Shown one piece after another: positions 51,979 through 64,000 of a stretch of 64,000 nt of DNA. Location: positions 391,516-455,515 of the forward strand of contig NIVC01000738.1 of assembly GCA_002269645.1 (NCBI GenBank), written 5' to 3'. Each line of letters begins with the position of its first letter. The first letter of the stretch is position 1. The notes under the pieces are model-generated. The model did not search any database. It saw only the letters and a program-made list of their open reading frames with translations, and was not told the DNA's origin. The DNA is from Macrostomum lignano (lineage: Eukaryota). The position numbers and the translations under genes are program-made.

Positions 51979-54016
51979 CTAAGCCCCTGTTTTTCACGCT
52001 ACAATTCATTGACTCACTGCAATTCCTACACAGCAGTCTTTCTCAGCTTATTAAGAACTTGCCGGAGGACAACTGTCCCATCACTAATGCGATGCGATCA
52101 AAGTATCCAAATCTTTCAAGCAATGTACTGTTTAGTAAGGGAGTTTTCCCTTATGATTATCTCTCGAATTGGAATGCGCTTGACGATCGCCAACTACCAA
52201 AAGTAGAAAGCTTTTTTAACCGACTTACCAACAGCCACTGTACCGAGGCGGAGTATCGGCATGCGCAGAAGGCCTGGACTGAATTCGAATCTACAACATT
52301 GCGCGATTACATGCTCTGCTACTTGGAGCTGGACATCAGGCAACTAGCAGATATCTTTGAAGGGTTTGAAGACTGAGTTTGCAGGAAGACAAGCTAGATC
52401 CGGTGCATTTTGTGTCAACTCCAGGCCTATCATTCGCTTCCGCACTAAAGTCTTCTCAAGTCAAGATTGAACTGCTAACTGACCTCGAGATGTATAAAAT
52501 GTTTGAGAAAGGAATTCGGGGTGGAATGTCTTTTGTCAATGTACATCATGTCCAGAGCGAAAGTAGTGGTGATGATATGAACCAGCAGGTAGGAGTTTAC
52601 TGGCTGTTGATGCTAATAACCTTTACGGTCATGTGCTCACAATTCACCTACCTGTTGGCGGCTTTCGCTGGCTCAGTCAAGAGGAGCTGTGTTCCTGGTC
52701 CGAGTGCCGCTTTCTTGCCCTGGACGATGACGCCAATCGGCTACCTTGTCGAAGCGGATTTGCTCTACCCAGCCGAAATCCACACGGCAACGGAAGATCT
52801 TCCATTCGCCCCAGAGAAAAGGTGTCCGAATTTCGAAGAATTTCCGCAGTACATGCGAGAATTACTCGTATGGGTACTGCTTCAACATGACAATGATCAT
52901 TCTCATCATCATCAGCAGCAGCAGTCCGACGCGAACACGACTGAGAATCCTATCGTTGCGCGCTACCTTGGAGTACAAAAATTAATGCTCACATGCCACA
53001 ACAAGTTTTCCTATGTACTGCACTCGCCTGCTCTCCGATTCTATCTATCGCACGGAATGAAGTTGCATGGGCTCCACAGGATGATCGAATTCAGGCAAGA
53101 ACCTGTCTTCGCGGACTACATTCAGATGAATAGCGAGAAGCGCTCTATGGCGAAAAATGATTTCGAGAAGGATTTCTATAAACTGAAAAATAACTCCCTG
53201 TTTGGCAAAACAATGGAGAACGTGCGCAAGCGGCGGGACATCAGAGTGTGCAGTGACAAGAAAAAAGCCAAGACTGTTTCTTCTCAACCAAATGTCGCAT
53301 CATTCACAATCATTACGCCATCACTCAGCATCTTTGAGCTTCAAAAGCGCGAAGTACTCGTAACTCTTGATCGGCCAATTTTCATGGGGCAGTGTGTTCT
53401 AGATCGCTCCAAGATCATCATGTATCAACTTTACTATGACAAAATAAAACCCATGCTAGAATTCGGTGATGGAGCGAGAGTTCGAGTTTGCGGTGGCGAT
53501 ACAGACTCTTTTTTTGAGCTTAGAGAACCTTAGTTTGCAGAGAGAAGTGCTGCCAATCCTGCATGCCGAAGGCCTCTTGGACTCCTCCAATTTTTTCACT
53601 AATCATCCTCTCTGCTCGAATCGGCCAAAGGCCAAGCTAGGCTGCATTAAAGATGAAGCTGGTAGACTGCAGCAGATTGAGTGGGTGCTGCTAAGGCCCA
53701 AGCTCTATTCTTTCCTCGCTGAAAGCTCGGCGGCATGCAAAGCAAAAGCAAAAGGCATCCAACGAAGCGTGCTGAAGAATGAAGTCTCCCACGACGACTG
53801 CGTCAAGATTTTCAAGGGGCTTCAAAGCTGTCGCTCACTGTTCGTCGAATTGGAAGTGAGAAACATCGCGTTTTCACCATTGAGTAACGTAAGCTCGCTC
53901 TCAGTATCTGGGAGGACAAGCGAGCGTGGACTGGCTCGAACTCAAGTCTTCCGTTCGGCCACTTTCAGCTGTCAATCAGGAGTAGTACGAAAAGGACAGC
54001 GGACTGCTTAGAGTGA
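51978..54016 (+). pseudogene. polB: Polinton protein-primed family B DNA polymerase, 5'-truncated, several frameshifts
   Basis: FIDSLQFL, KGVFPYDY, LDPVHFVSTPGLSF, EKGIRGG, DANNLYG (motif A), KLKNNSLFGK (B), GDTDSF (C), LRPKLYS. Confidence 0.92.
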
Positions 54017-54107
54017 TGCTTTACACATCTGTGTAACCTTGGCGTTGAAATTTATTGACTTCTTACTTATGTGCTCCATGAATTGTTTCTGTGGTTTAAT
54101 TAATCTG

Positions 54108-54170
54108 AATGATGATGATGATGATAATGATGGATGATGATGATAATGATGGATGATGATGATAATGACA
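54108..54170. repeat. (GAT)n-type microsatellite
   Basis: Direct reading. Confidence 0.8.
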
Positions 54171-54836
54171 ATGCTGGAACCATAGAGCCAATTCAGTTAG
54201 TTACATATTTGTAGTCTCTAAGCAAATAACTGAAAGTAACATTTTCGGGTTGAGTTGCTCCAGATTTATTTCATTACGAACTTGTGAAAGCCATGTTGGA
54301 ATAATTTGCGTCATATCGGTCTGGCTTTCCCCTTTTTTTATTATTCTTGAATCTTTTGCGCAATCGAATGAATTGAGTTACTGTCCTTTTTTATCTTTGC
54401 TAGCTTTGCTACTCATATTTTTTTGTAACCATTATCCAATAATTATCTGAAAAATATTCACTTCCTTTTTCATTTCTGCTTTTTCTTGTTCGTTTTTATT
54501 TGTCTTAGCAGTGCATAGCTAAGACTATGCACTCATAGTCATAGCTAAGACATAGCTAAGTCATAGACATAGCTAAGACTAGAGGAATTAGCAGTGCATA
54601 ATCTGAGTGATGGGTGTGCTTTTTTTCTTGAGTGGTGGTGGTCTGATTAAATTTTCTATACTCAAACTAATATTGCGATTTCAGTTTTGAAAATAAAGAA
54701 AAAGTCGATCGAAGTCTGATTTTCAGGTATATTGATAAAAATGCATGCATCTCAATACGTGACGTTTGCATACAAATTATTACATTTTTGTTCAGCTGTC
54801 GTCTTTTTATTTTATTTTTGAAACATATGGTTATTA

Positions 54837-55232
54837 TCACAGAAAACGGACAAGAGCTGGTCTCCGGTAGAGCTGGTCTCCACCTGATACAATGCGCTGG
54901 TTGATGCTCACGATTACATCTGAGAATGCCGTAGACAGGACAAAGTTTTCTGGGTGCACCCCACTGTCTCTGCGCTCAGTGACAACTCCATCGGCATTTC
55001 GAACCTCCTCCATCATCAAAGTCCCGCCAAGCCGGACTAGGCGACAGCGAATATACAGGAATGAGCTCAGCAGATCAGCGTACTCATCAGCCGATGAATG
55101 GCAGTCGAATTCAATTGGTGAGTTAGCAGTAATAGAGTTCACGGGGTGAATATCAACGTATGGATTTTCAATGGCAGTCTGCAGCACGGGGGACTTGAAC
55201 AAATCGAGTCTCGGGTTAAATCCATAAGCCAT
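54837..55232 (-). pseudogene. Polinton major capsid protein, N-terminal ~125 aa only
   Basis: LDLF.SP.LQTAIE..YVDIHP..PIEF..EYADL..LYIRCRL..V.PEN..LSTAFSDV.V.IN..VS pattern. Confidence 0.75.
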
Positions 55233-55804
55233 TGCTACGCTCGTATGAGAGCAGTGCGAGTGGATACGACGGTCCTCTGTACAGCAAGTTTATTTGTGCA
55301 GTACAGAAAATATAAAAGCAAAACAAAATTTCATGCAGCGCGAGAAAGGTGAGGCAGGCTGAGTAAAAGCTAGGTGATATAAACCTCACGGCGGAGGGGT
55401 GCAGTGCAGAGGGGGGTTGACTTGGGGTGGGTGTTTACAACGAATCAGCAAACGCCGATTGGACACGTCTTACTCTTTTTCTTCTTTCTCGTCTGCTTCT
55501 TACTGCCCTATTTGATTAGTCGCTGCTTTGGTCTGTTTCTATTGCTTCTGCTGTTTCTGCTGCTGCTGCCGCTGGTGGTGATATGGGCTGGCTTTGATAG
55601 CAATAATGACTGTGTGGAAGCTTCTGGAGGAGGCTGGTAAGTCATGATTCCTGGAAAACTCCCACAGCCATAGAGCGCCGGTGTAGAGTGTTCTACCTCC
55701 CGTTAAAAAAGGTAAAAAGAAGATAATCGTATAATGCTACTATAAGTAAGTAAGTACACGCATGTGCGCCTAAGCTTTGAATGAATCACGCTACCAGAAA
55801 AAGA

Positions 55805-56545
55805 TGTTACCAGAATAATACGCCATGAGCCATTTTCCCCTTTTAGCGCAACACGTGAATTGTCATGATACTATTTTGGATCAAAAACTTGTCTATAAAT
55901 ACAAGCGATCTGAAGCGGTACCGGAGCCATTCTCCCCACGGAAGAGGAGCGCTCCGAAGAGGAAGCCTTAGGAGGACTTCCTGATCTACCAAGTCAATCG
56001 AGGCTCGGTCGAGTTGTTGCGGTAAGCCTTCCTTATTTGCGCCCGTTGTGTTAGAGACGTCTCGCTCAAGTCTATTGAGACTTGAGTCTAATTGAGTCTG
56101 TTGAGACTCTTGAGTCTGTTTAGACTCCATTGGTTGCAGTCTCCAGAAGGACTGCCCCTGATAGATCTTAGAGGACTATCAGTGGTTTCCGGAGCTATAC
56201 CTAGAGTGCATAGAGGCACTGCTAGAAGAAGGAGGCTTAATTTAGACCGCAGTTTGGCGCAGGGTACCCATTGTTGCTACGAGGCCTCTGATTGGTCCTG
56301 ACGGAAGATACCGGCCGGAAGAACTTATCGGAAGTACAAGAGGAACCAGGACCAGAGCAACTGAAGAATCAAGGCGCCTGATCTACGAGATCTACTGACA
56401 AGTTCCTAGCGAGAACTACTCAAGAAATTCAAATCCGGATTAAAGGTAATTGAATACCTTCGTTTGACTTACTGGGTTGCCTAGCTGTTGAGCTAGAAGT
56501 GATTGTTCCTTGATTATCGAAAGTCGGGTAATAAGGAACACATCA
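55805..56545 (+). mobile_element. Probable 5' LTR of the env-bearing gypsy element (left edge may be 55701)
   Basis: Starts TGTT, TATA-like CTATAAAT at about 55883, ends AACACATCA, followed by AT and PBS-like TGGTGATCTCG at 56548. No second LTR in the window. Confidence 0.5.
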
Positions 56546-57261
56546 ATTGGTGATCTCGCCCTCTCGGAACTACTCAAACCTTGAGCAATAGCCTGGCCAA
56601 GCTATTGTAAAGTGACGACAGAGCGACTTCATTAATTTTGCGCGCACGTGTTAGAGTTAACACTTTTTAAGTCCGTTACGTTTTGAAACTCGAGTAAAAT
56701 TTGGTGTACAGGTTTGAGCACCTGTCAAATTTGAGTACAGTTTGAGCACGCGTGTTAAAATTTTGTTTTGACGAGCTCGAGCAAGTGTGAGTTTAAAACA
56801 AAACCGAAATTAACTTCGTCGGTACACTGAAAACAAACCAAAAATAAAAAGAATCGTCGACGCAAAACAAACAAAAAATAACTGAAACATTTTGCCGGCA
56901 CAAAAACTAAAACAAAACCGAAATTAATTGAAACTTCGTGGAGAGCAGAGTTAATTGACAAAAGAGAGAGAGTCAAAGAAGAGAAGAAAGACTTTGCAAA
57001 GCAAGAAGACAAGTCCACTTCAACTTGAAGATACACTTTGCGGGACGCCGCATAAGTGCGAAATCAGCAAGCGAACAGAACAAGTTCATTTGAGGACAAC
57101 CAGTGGCAGCAAGCCACACCGCATCCGAGGCCAGCGAATAACAAATCGACACCACAAGACAATTCGTTACAGTCGAGGTTTATTCCGAGGCAAACACCAC
57201 ACTGGACGATCCGTTACAAATCGATCCAGATCTTGAACTACCGTTCTACCCTATCAACAAC

Positions 57262-59106
57262 ATGGCGCGGCGCAATCCAACGGTACACAGAGACATCAAA
57301 GAAACGGTCGGTACTTTCTCGATGGAGAAAGATTTTAACACATTTGTCGACCATTTTGACCTGGTATGTAGGGAATACAACCTACAAAATCCAGAGAAGG
57401 CACAGCTGCTGCCACCTCTTCTCCAAGGTACTGCGCGAGAAATTTACGGCAAGCTGGATGCGGCAACACAGCAAAATTATCCAGCACTAATCATTCAACT
57501 GCGCGCGCATTTCAACCGTTGCGGCACAAACAGATCAGTGCTGCTGCACAAGTTACATAACAGAAGGATGCAAGCAACAGAATCCTTCCTCGCCTTTGTG
57601 GACGATATCCGCCAGATAATTAAGGCACTGCATCAGCCACCGCTGCAAGCTGCGGACCAACCGCCACTGGGAGCGGCAGAATTGGCCGCCAGAGAAAGAC
57701 AACGATTGATGGATCGTGAACAAAACCTCATCCTGCACGTAATAAACAACGCACAGCCGTCACTTCGGGATAGACTTTTGCGTGAAAATATCGAAACCGA
57801 AGAAGACCTTTTGCGTTGCGGAATGCAATGGGAAGCCAGTGCCCCATTAATGACGACAGGCAACAATGAAGTGCAGAAACTGACGCAGCAATTAAACAAG
57901 TTAATGCAGCACCAGACAGCTGCTATCGCCGAACAAAAAAGACGAAATGAACAAGCCTCAGCCAGATGTTACTACTGCGGACAAGAAGGACATTATCAGA
58001 TTAATTGTCCTCATTGGTCAACAAGATACGACAAGCCGCGACAGATATTCAACAATCAGAAGCCGCAGAAACCATGGCAGCACTATCAAAATCGCCAACA
58101 ACAAGGAATGAGACGCTTCGGAAATGATAGACGCTTCGGAAATAATGACCGCTCCGGAAATGATGGCCGCTTCGGAAACGAAGGCCGCTTCAGAAGTAAT
58201 GGCTACAGGCCACGCAACGTCAGATACACACAAAGACAGCCGACGCAAGCAATGCCACGATACGCGAATGCCATCACGTACACACCGGAAAATGAACAGC
58301 AAGAACAGCAAGTGTTCACAATTGACGACTTGGAAATGGACTTCACAGTCCCGGAACTTGACATCAGCTTGATCGAAAAGAAGACGACGCACGAGGACAA
58401 CACTGACAACACGAAAGAGACGAATGAAACCGAAATGATCAAATTAAAAGAGACCACCGGAGACAGCAGAGAAAACAGGAAGAAAGTAAATCACAAGACA
58501 AGGGAGGAGGCGGAGAGCGACATCGGCAACGAAGAAAAGATGAAAACCGGCGAAGAAAACAACTATGAATCGACAACAGTGGATGACGACAAAACGAGCA
58601 TGAAAGACAAAGAAATGAAAGAAGAAGAAGAATGTAGAAGTTACGGCAACGACCACGACTGCGAGGTGCGTGATGACACGAACGACTACCAAGCCGAAAG
58701 AGGAATGCAGGAAGAACCGAGAGCGGAGAATCTAAGTTCCGACAGCGATCAAGGCTACGAAATACAATGGAAAGATGAAGAAATGGAAAAAGAACAGGTG
58801 AAAGAAAAGCCGAGTTCCGACAGCGACGAATGCTACGAGATCCGATACAAACGAAATGGTGAAGCCTATATTCAAACGGTCGACTACAAGACAGAGAAAA
58901 GATACCAAACGCAATGGAGTGAAACAACGGAAACATCGGAAGAAGCCGCAGACGAAGATAATGAAATAACCAAAAAGCAAAGCGAATCAGAAGCCTTCCG
59001 CCTGGATCAGCCAATGGAACAACCGAAAGAATATGATGCGGACATGGAAGATAACGAATGGCGATCGCAGCCAATGTCAGCAAGGACAACGGCAAAATCC
59101 AAGAAG
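57262..59106 (+). CDS. gag: Gag with CCHC knuckle and acidic spacer; in frame with the env-like region (ORF 57262-59940)
   Basis: F..F...F.LV....N..KAQLL..LLQGTAREIY motif and CYYCGQEGHYQINC. Confidence 0.85.
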
Positions 59107-61030
59107 TGGAAAAACTGGCTATTCTGGATCATCGTGATACTACTGATAGCAGTAGTCGCCAAAGCAACGGCAACGGAAAAGCCAATGATTTGTCCAACGG
59201 ATGCGCATATCCAACCGATGATCTACAAGATACCAACCGACATCAAATGCAGTTACTTCAAGACAAACCAGACAAAACCAAAGAAGATTACACTCGATCT
59301 CTACAAGGCTAACATCAAGAAGCATCGACAACACGGGATAGTATGCCTCAGAGACAAGCACCTGGTGGAAAAAGTTTCGCGCGGACAATGGAACCGGATC
59401 CGATTTAAACAACATGAGCTACATGTGTCGCACGCGGAATGCCTACAATGGAATCAAACACTATTTTCAAAGGATGGTGAACTGGAACCAGATGAGAAGG
59501 TCGGCAACGCACAGCTGTTCAGAACAAAGAATTCAGCCAACGGTCGATATATTCACTTCTTCGGAAAATGGAAAGAATATATGGCACGCAACAGCTACTT
59601 GATCAGAAATATTCCATTCTACTACAATCCGTACGAGAAAATGGAATCGTTACAGCTGCAACTAAGCGAATGTCGATACAGTGAAGGATGGTGTCCAACG
59701 CCGATTCTACGGAAGGAAGAACTACACAGTCTACCACTGAGTCCAACATATCATCAAGACTATCGATGGCAGATTGAGCACAGAGCACAATCACACTATG
59801 AGGAACCGTACAAATCACGACAATATTTCTTCGCATGGAAAGTAGAGCCGGAAATTGACTGCAAGCTTCAAAAGTATCACAAGTGGAAGGAGGACTACTG
59901 TCGAATACGTTTTTGGCAAAGGCAGGAGACTTGGCCTTGACGTTTCAAAAGAAGCCGGTTGAACAGGAACTCAAATGCAAGGATACGGACAAGACGCTAT
60001 TCATCTCGGAGCAAGAAATACCAGTCTACGTGAAGGATGGTGACAAACAAACCTTCCTGGCAATCATAAACGGAACATATCAGCAACAAGAGAGACAACG
60101 ACGCGACATAGAACGTCCACGATTGGTGTCAAACCGACTGCTGTCAGCAAAGATCACGGCGCTGGATCACAACCTGCATAACCAGCTTAACCACTTACAT
60201 CGGTCACTGGTTCAGCTGACTTGCAAAATGCACGCAATCAACTTGAACTACGCAAGACAGAACTACTATGTCAACCCTACGATGACATTTCGCAAGATCA
60301 CGGGAATGAGAGAAGTTCTAGCAATTCCGATATATGGCATCTCCTGATATACAAGTGCACGCCGATACAGCACTTCAACATCTTACCGTCGAACACTCCA
60401 ACAACTTGCTACGACAAGCCGAGAATTGAAGCATTCTACGAAGGCAAAAGGATACAAGGATTCTTGGACACGGTACACAACATCATCGTTGGAACCGCAA
60501 TACCAAGACCTTGCACCACTGCAGCAAACTACTATCAACTGGACGATGCACTACATGTCATTACAACGACAGGAACGACAGCGAACATCACAGAACCCGA
60601 GGTGATTGTCGATGAAACGTACGACATGGAGGATTTGAAGATACGATTCAACAGAACGAAGTACACACCATTCGCCGATATCCAACTCGATGAGATAACG
60701 CCAGGATGGACCATCAACGACTTCTTACAAGCGTTCATCACTCAACGAAAGATGATTCGTCAACTCTTCACACGAGAGAATAAGGGAACAGGCACAAGCA
60801 GTTTCCCGGTCCTTGTGTCGATGGACAACGCCATCCAATCGTTTTGGACAAACAGCTTCTTGGAGCTGCTTAACGGAAGAGGCAGCCTATATCAAGGCTT
60901 CATCTTCTACAGCGCCTGCGTTGTTTGGATAGTCACGACGATCTTTATCATCTCGTCGATAGTACGATGCTTCAGCAACACTTGTCCCACAGCGAAACGA
61001 ACAGTGAACGCCATCATGCAGAAGATACCA
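59107..61030 (+). pseudogene. env: Env-like class III (gB-like) fusion glycoprotein; two single-base frameshifts (~59890, ~60335)
   Basis: Signal-like WKNWLFWIIVILLIAVVAKATA, Cys-rich ectodomain, at least 5 N-x-T sequons, furin-like RQRR (60093-60104), NPT..C.PI..CYDKP..GFL..C pattern, TM segment at about 60898-60963. Confidence 0.65.
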
Positions 61031-61199
61031 AGGGAAGAAGACAACAACTTGGAATTGACAGAGGATGCACGTCAAGAAACTCAAGGACAGCCGACACCAT
61101 CAACGCGAATGTATCCATCGATTCCGACAACACCACCAGCACCGAGAATTCAGCCACCTACTTATCAGCCTGAACAACACGAGCCAAAATGGCCGGAAA

Positions 61200-64000
61200 A
61201 CTACGTCTGCACGCTACACGCCGAGATTGGCAAAGCAATGGCTCAGGTCATTGTCAACAACTTGCCATGTCGAGCACTACTGGATTCAGGCAGCTCGATC
61301 ACAGTCATCTCGCAACAATTATGCAACAAGCTACGACTCGCGGTACGACCAGCAGCAATCGCAGTTGCAGGAGCAGGAGGACATTCGCTCAACATCCTAG
61401 GAAAAGCAGATATTGACTTGAAAATTGCTAATAAACAGCTGACGGTCCCGACGTACATCATCGACAGACTACCAAACCAAGACGTCATCGTTGGAATAGA
61501 CACGTTCAAACAGCTTCGACTACCATTGACCTTCGACTTCAACAAGCAAACGTTTAGGATCGACGCGGTGGAGCAACCACTGATCAATCAGATTCGAGTA
61601 CTACCGAAAGTAACTCTGCAGCAAGATGTCATCATCCAGCCTGAAGCGCATGCTGGGTCAGAGCGAAAACGACCAGCGCGGCAGATGAAGCAATGATATT
61701 TGATCCACACAGGAGAGTCACGGCAAAACATCAAATCATGATGCCTACGGCACTAGTGCTGGTTGCAAAGGATAAGCAACTGCCAGTACAAATCTTCAAC
61801 CCGAACACAGAAACGGTTCATCTACGACAAGGAATGTGCATCGGTCATCTCAACACCCAAGCATCGTTATGCTGATTGAACAAGCGACTCCACGACTAAC
61901 AGAGGAAGAATTTCAAAAGAAGATCAATTTGGATGACAGCCCGATTACGGAACAGCAAAAGAGGAAAGTTCGACAGCTGTTGTGGAAGTACAACGAAGCC
62001 TTCTGCCATCATGATTACGACATCGGACGAGCCAAGGACATCAAACAGGAAATCAAACTTCTGCCGCACACGGAACCAATTCAGTGCAAGCCGTACCCGA
62101 TCGCCAAGCATCTGCAACAACACTTTGACGAAATCATCGATAAAATGCTAAAGCACGGCATCATCAGCAAAGCTATTTCGGCTTACTCCTCACCGTGCCT
62201 ACTGGTACAGAAGAAGGAGACAAACGAAAGACGACTCGTATGCGACTTCAGACTGTTGAACAAGTACATACCGACGGATCAGCAAAGCCTACCGAAGATC
62301 TCCGAACTACTAGCAAAGCTCAACACGGCAAAATTGTTCACGGTGTTCGACCTACGTCATGGATTTTGGCAAATTGAAATCGAGAAAGAGTCACGACAGT
62401 ACACGGCTTTCAAAACCTACAATGGACAAGTATACGAGTACAATCGATCGCCGATGGGACTTAGCAACAGCCCAGCAACGATGAGTCGACTAACAGCATA
62501 CATGCTAGCAGGATGCACGAACCTGCTGCACTATGTCGACGACATTTTAGCCTACGGAGAGGATTTCGAGCGACTCTACGAAGCTACGGAGAAGGCCCCT
62601 AGCGCTCATTCAACGCCAAGGTCTGAAGCTACAACCAACTAAATGCAATTCTTCCGAGACAACGTGCGTTACCTGGGACATCAGGTGACAGCCAAAGGAA
62701 TCTCACCGGACCCAGACAACGTGGAAAAGGTGAAGAAGTTTCCTACGCCAACCAGTATAACGAAGGTCCAATCATTCCTTGGACTTGCGCAATACTTCAG
62801 GAAGTTCTTACCTAACTTCGCAAAGACAGCAAAGCCACTGTACGACCTGCTCAAGTTCGACAAATGGAAGCAAGACAACTGGACACAGAGACAACAGGAA
62901 AGTTTCGACGAAATCAAACGACAGCTGACATCAGACGCACTGCTACAGCATCCGGACTTCGACAAGCCTTCATCATCGAGACAGACGCCTCAGGAACGGG
63001 ACTCGGAGCAGTCCTACTACAGGAAACCGAGGACAAGAAGGAACGACCTATTGCCTACGTCAGTCGAGCACTCAAACCAAATGAAACAAAGTGGTCAGCT
63101 ACGGAACGAGAGCTACTAGGAGTCTTGTTCGCCCTGCGACAGTTTCATTACTACATCTATGGTTCTCCAATACAGACGATAGTACGCACGGATCATGCAC
63201 CATTGACCTACGTCGTAACTACAAAAGGACAGACCAACAACCGACTCATCAGGATGACACTCAAGATCCAGGATTACAACTACAAACTCGTCTACAAACC
63301 AGGAATTACCAACAAAGCCGCGGACGCCCTGTCAAGAGCCTATGAAGTCAACGCCATTCATCCAATCCCTAACATCAAGGAGTGGTGGATGAAACCGAGC
63401 GCGACAACTTCTACCAAGCGGTTAAAGACGACGACAAGACATCAAACTCAGTCCCATGGAACGAAAATTCCTACGCAAGCAACGACAAACCTAACAATCA
63501 ATAAGTCACGGCTCTACTGGATGAGCGACAATAAACCCAAGATCTACATACCATATTCGTTTCGGCAAGCAATTCTCAACGAGCTACACGACAACCCACT
63601 CGCTGGACACCTGTCGGCAGCAAAGACCATCGCGAGAGTGGAACAATACTACTTTTGGCCAACTATGTACGGCGACATCAAGCAGTATTGCAACAACTGC
63701 CATTCATGTGCTGCATCAAAGACAGGACGACGACAGAAACCGCAGCTACAGTCCATTCCGAAGTCGACTACAATGGACTGTCTAAGCATCGACATCACCG
63801 GACCTACCACGAGCTGTCTCCAGGGCATCGCCTACACCTACATTCTAACCGCCTTGGATATCTTCTCGAAGTTTGCTATCGCCATACCGATACCGGACAT
63901 CACAGCTCAGACAGTGGCAATGAGTTTCTTCAACGAAATCATTTGCAAGTACGGCACGCCGAAGAAGCTCACATCGGACAACGGATCGCAGTTTACATCG
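61200..64000 (+). pseudogene. pol: Pol: protease, RT, RNase H and integrase, multiple frameshifts
   Basis: ALLDSGSS, RRLVCDFR.LN, DLRHGFWQI, PMGL.NSP, YVDD, HLSAAKT..FWP..C..C..C, SIDITGP, LTSDNGSQF. Confidence 0.9.

Larger units (their letters stand above)
55805..64000 (+). mobile_element. Ty3/gypsy retrotransposon with gag - env-like - pol order, running off the right edge
   Basis: PBS, ~700-bp leader, Gag with CCHC, glycoprotein block, then PR-RT-RNaseH-IN in gypsy order. Confidence 0.85.

Overview
Eukaryotic (probably invertebrate metazoan, from the TTAGGG tracts) transposon-dense region with no recognisable host gene. (1) 1-2105: 5' LTR, primer-binding site (PBS) and start of an LTR retrotransposon on the minus strand. 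(2) 2114-33490: five head-to-tail non-autonomous Helitron-like units (5' TC..ATATACTAAAAATG, 3' GC hairpin + CTAG). They carry four minisatellite families, TTAGGG tracts and a near-perfect 273-bp x14 array, and a tRNA-like A/B-box motif lies just upstream of every 23-24-bp minisatellite array. (3) 33491-35054: truncated Ty3/gypsy gag-protease with a 146-bp LTR. (4) 36.4-40.4 kb and 52-55.2 kb: decayed Polinton/Maverick (adintovirus-like) genes: membrane protein, fibre, adenain protease, penton, pPolB and major capsid N-terminus. (5) 40412-51978: a second head-to-tail Helitron stack on the minus strand, containing Penelope fragments and a gypsy element with a 148-bp flanking duplication and a 21-bp 5' LTR stub. 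(6) 55.8-64 kb: a Ty3/gypsy element whose reading frame runs Gag - internal signal peptide - gB/class III-like glycoprotein - TM - protease - RT - RNase H - integrase. This is the most unusual feature. All protein calls come from motif recognition by eye; no searches were run.
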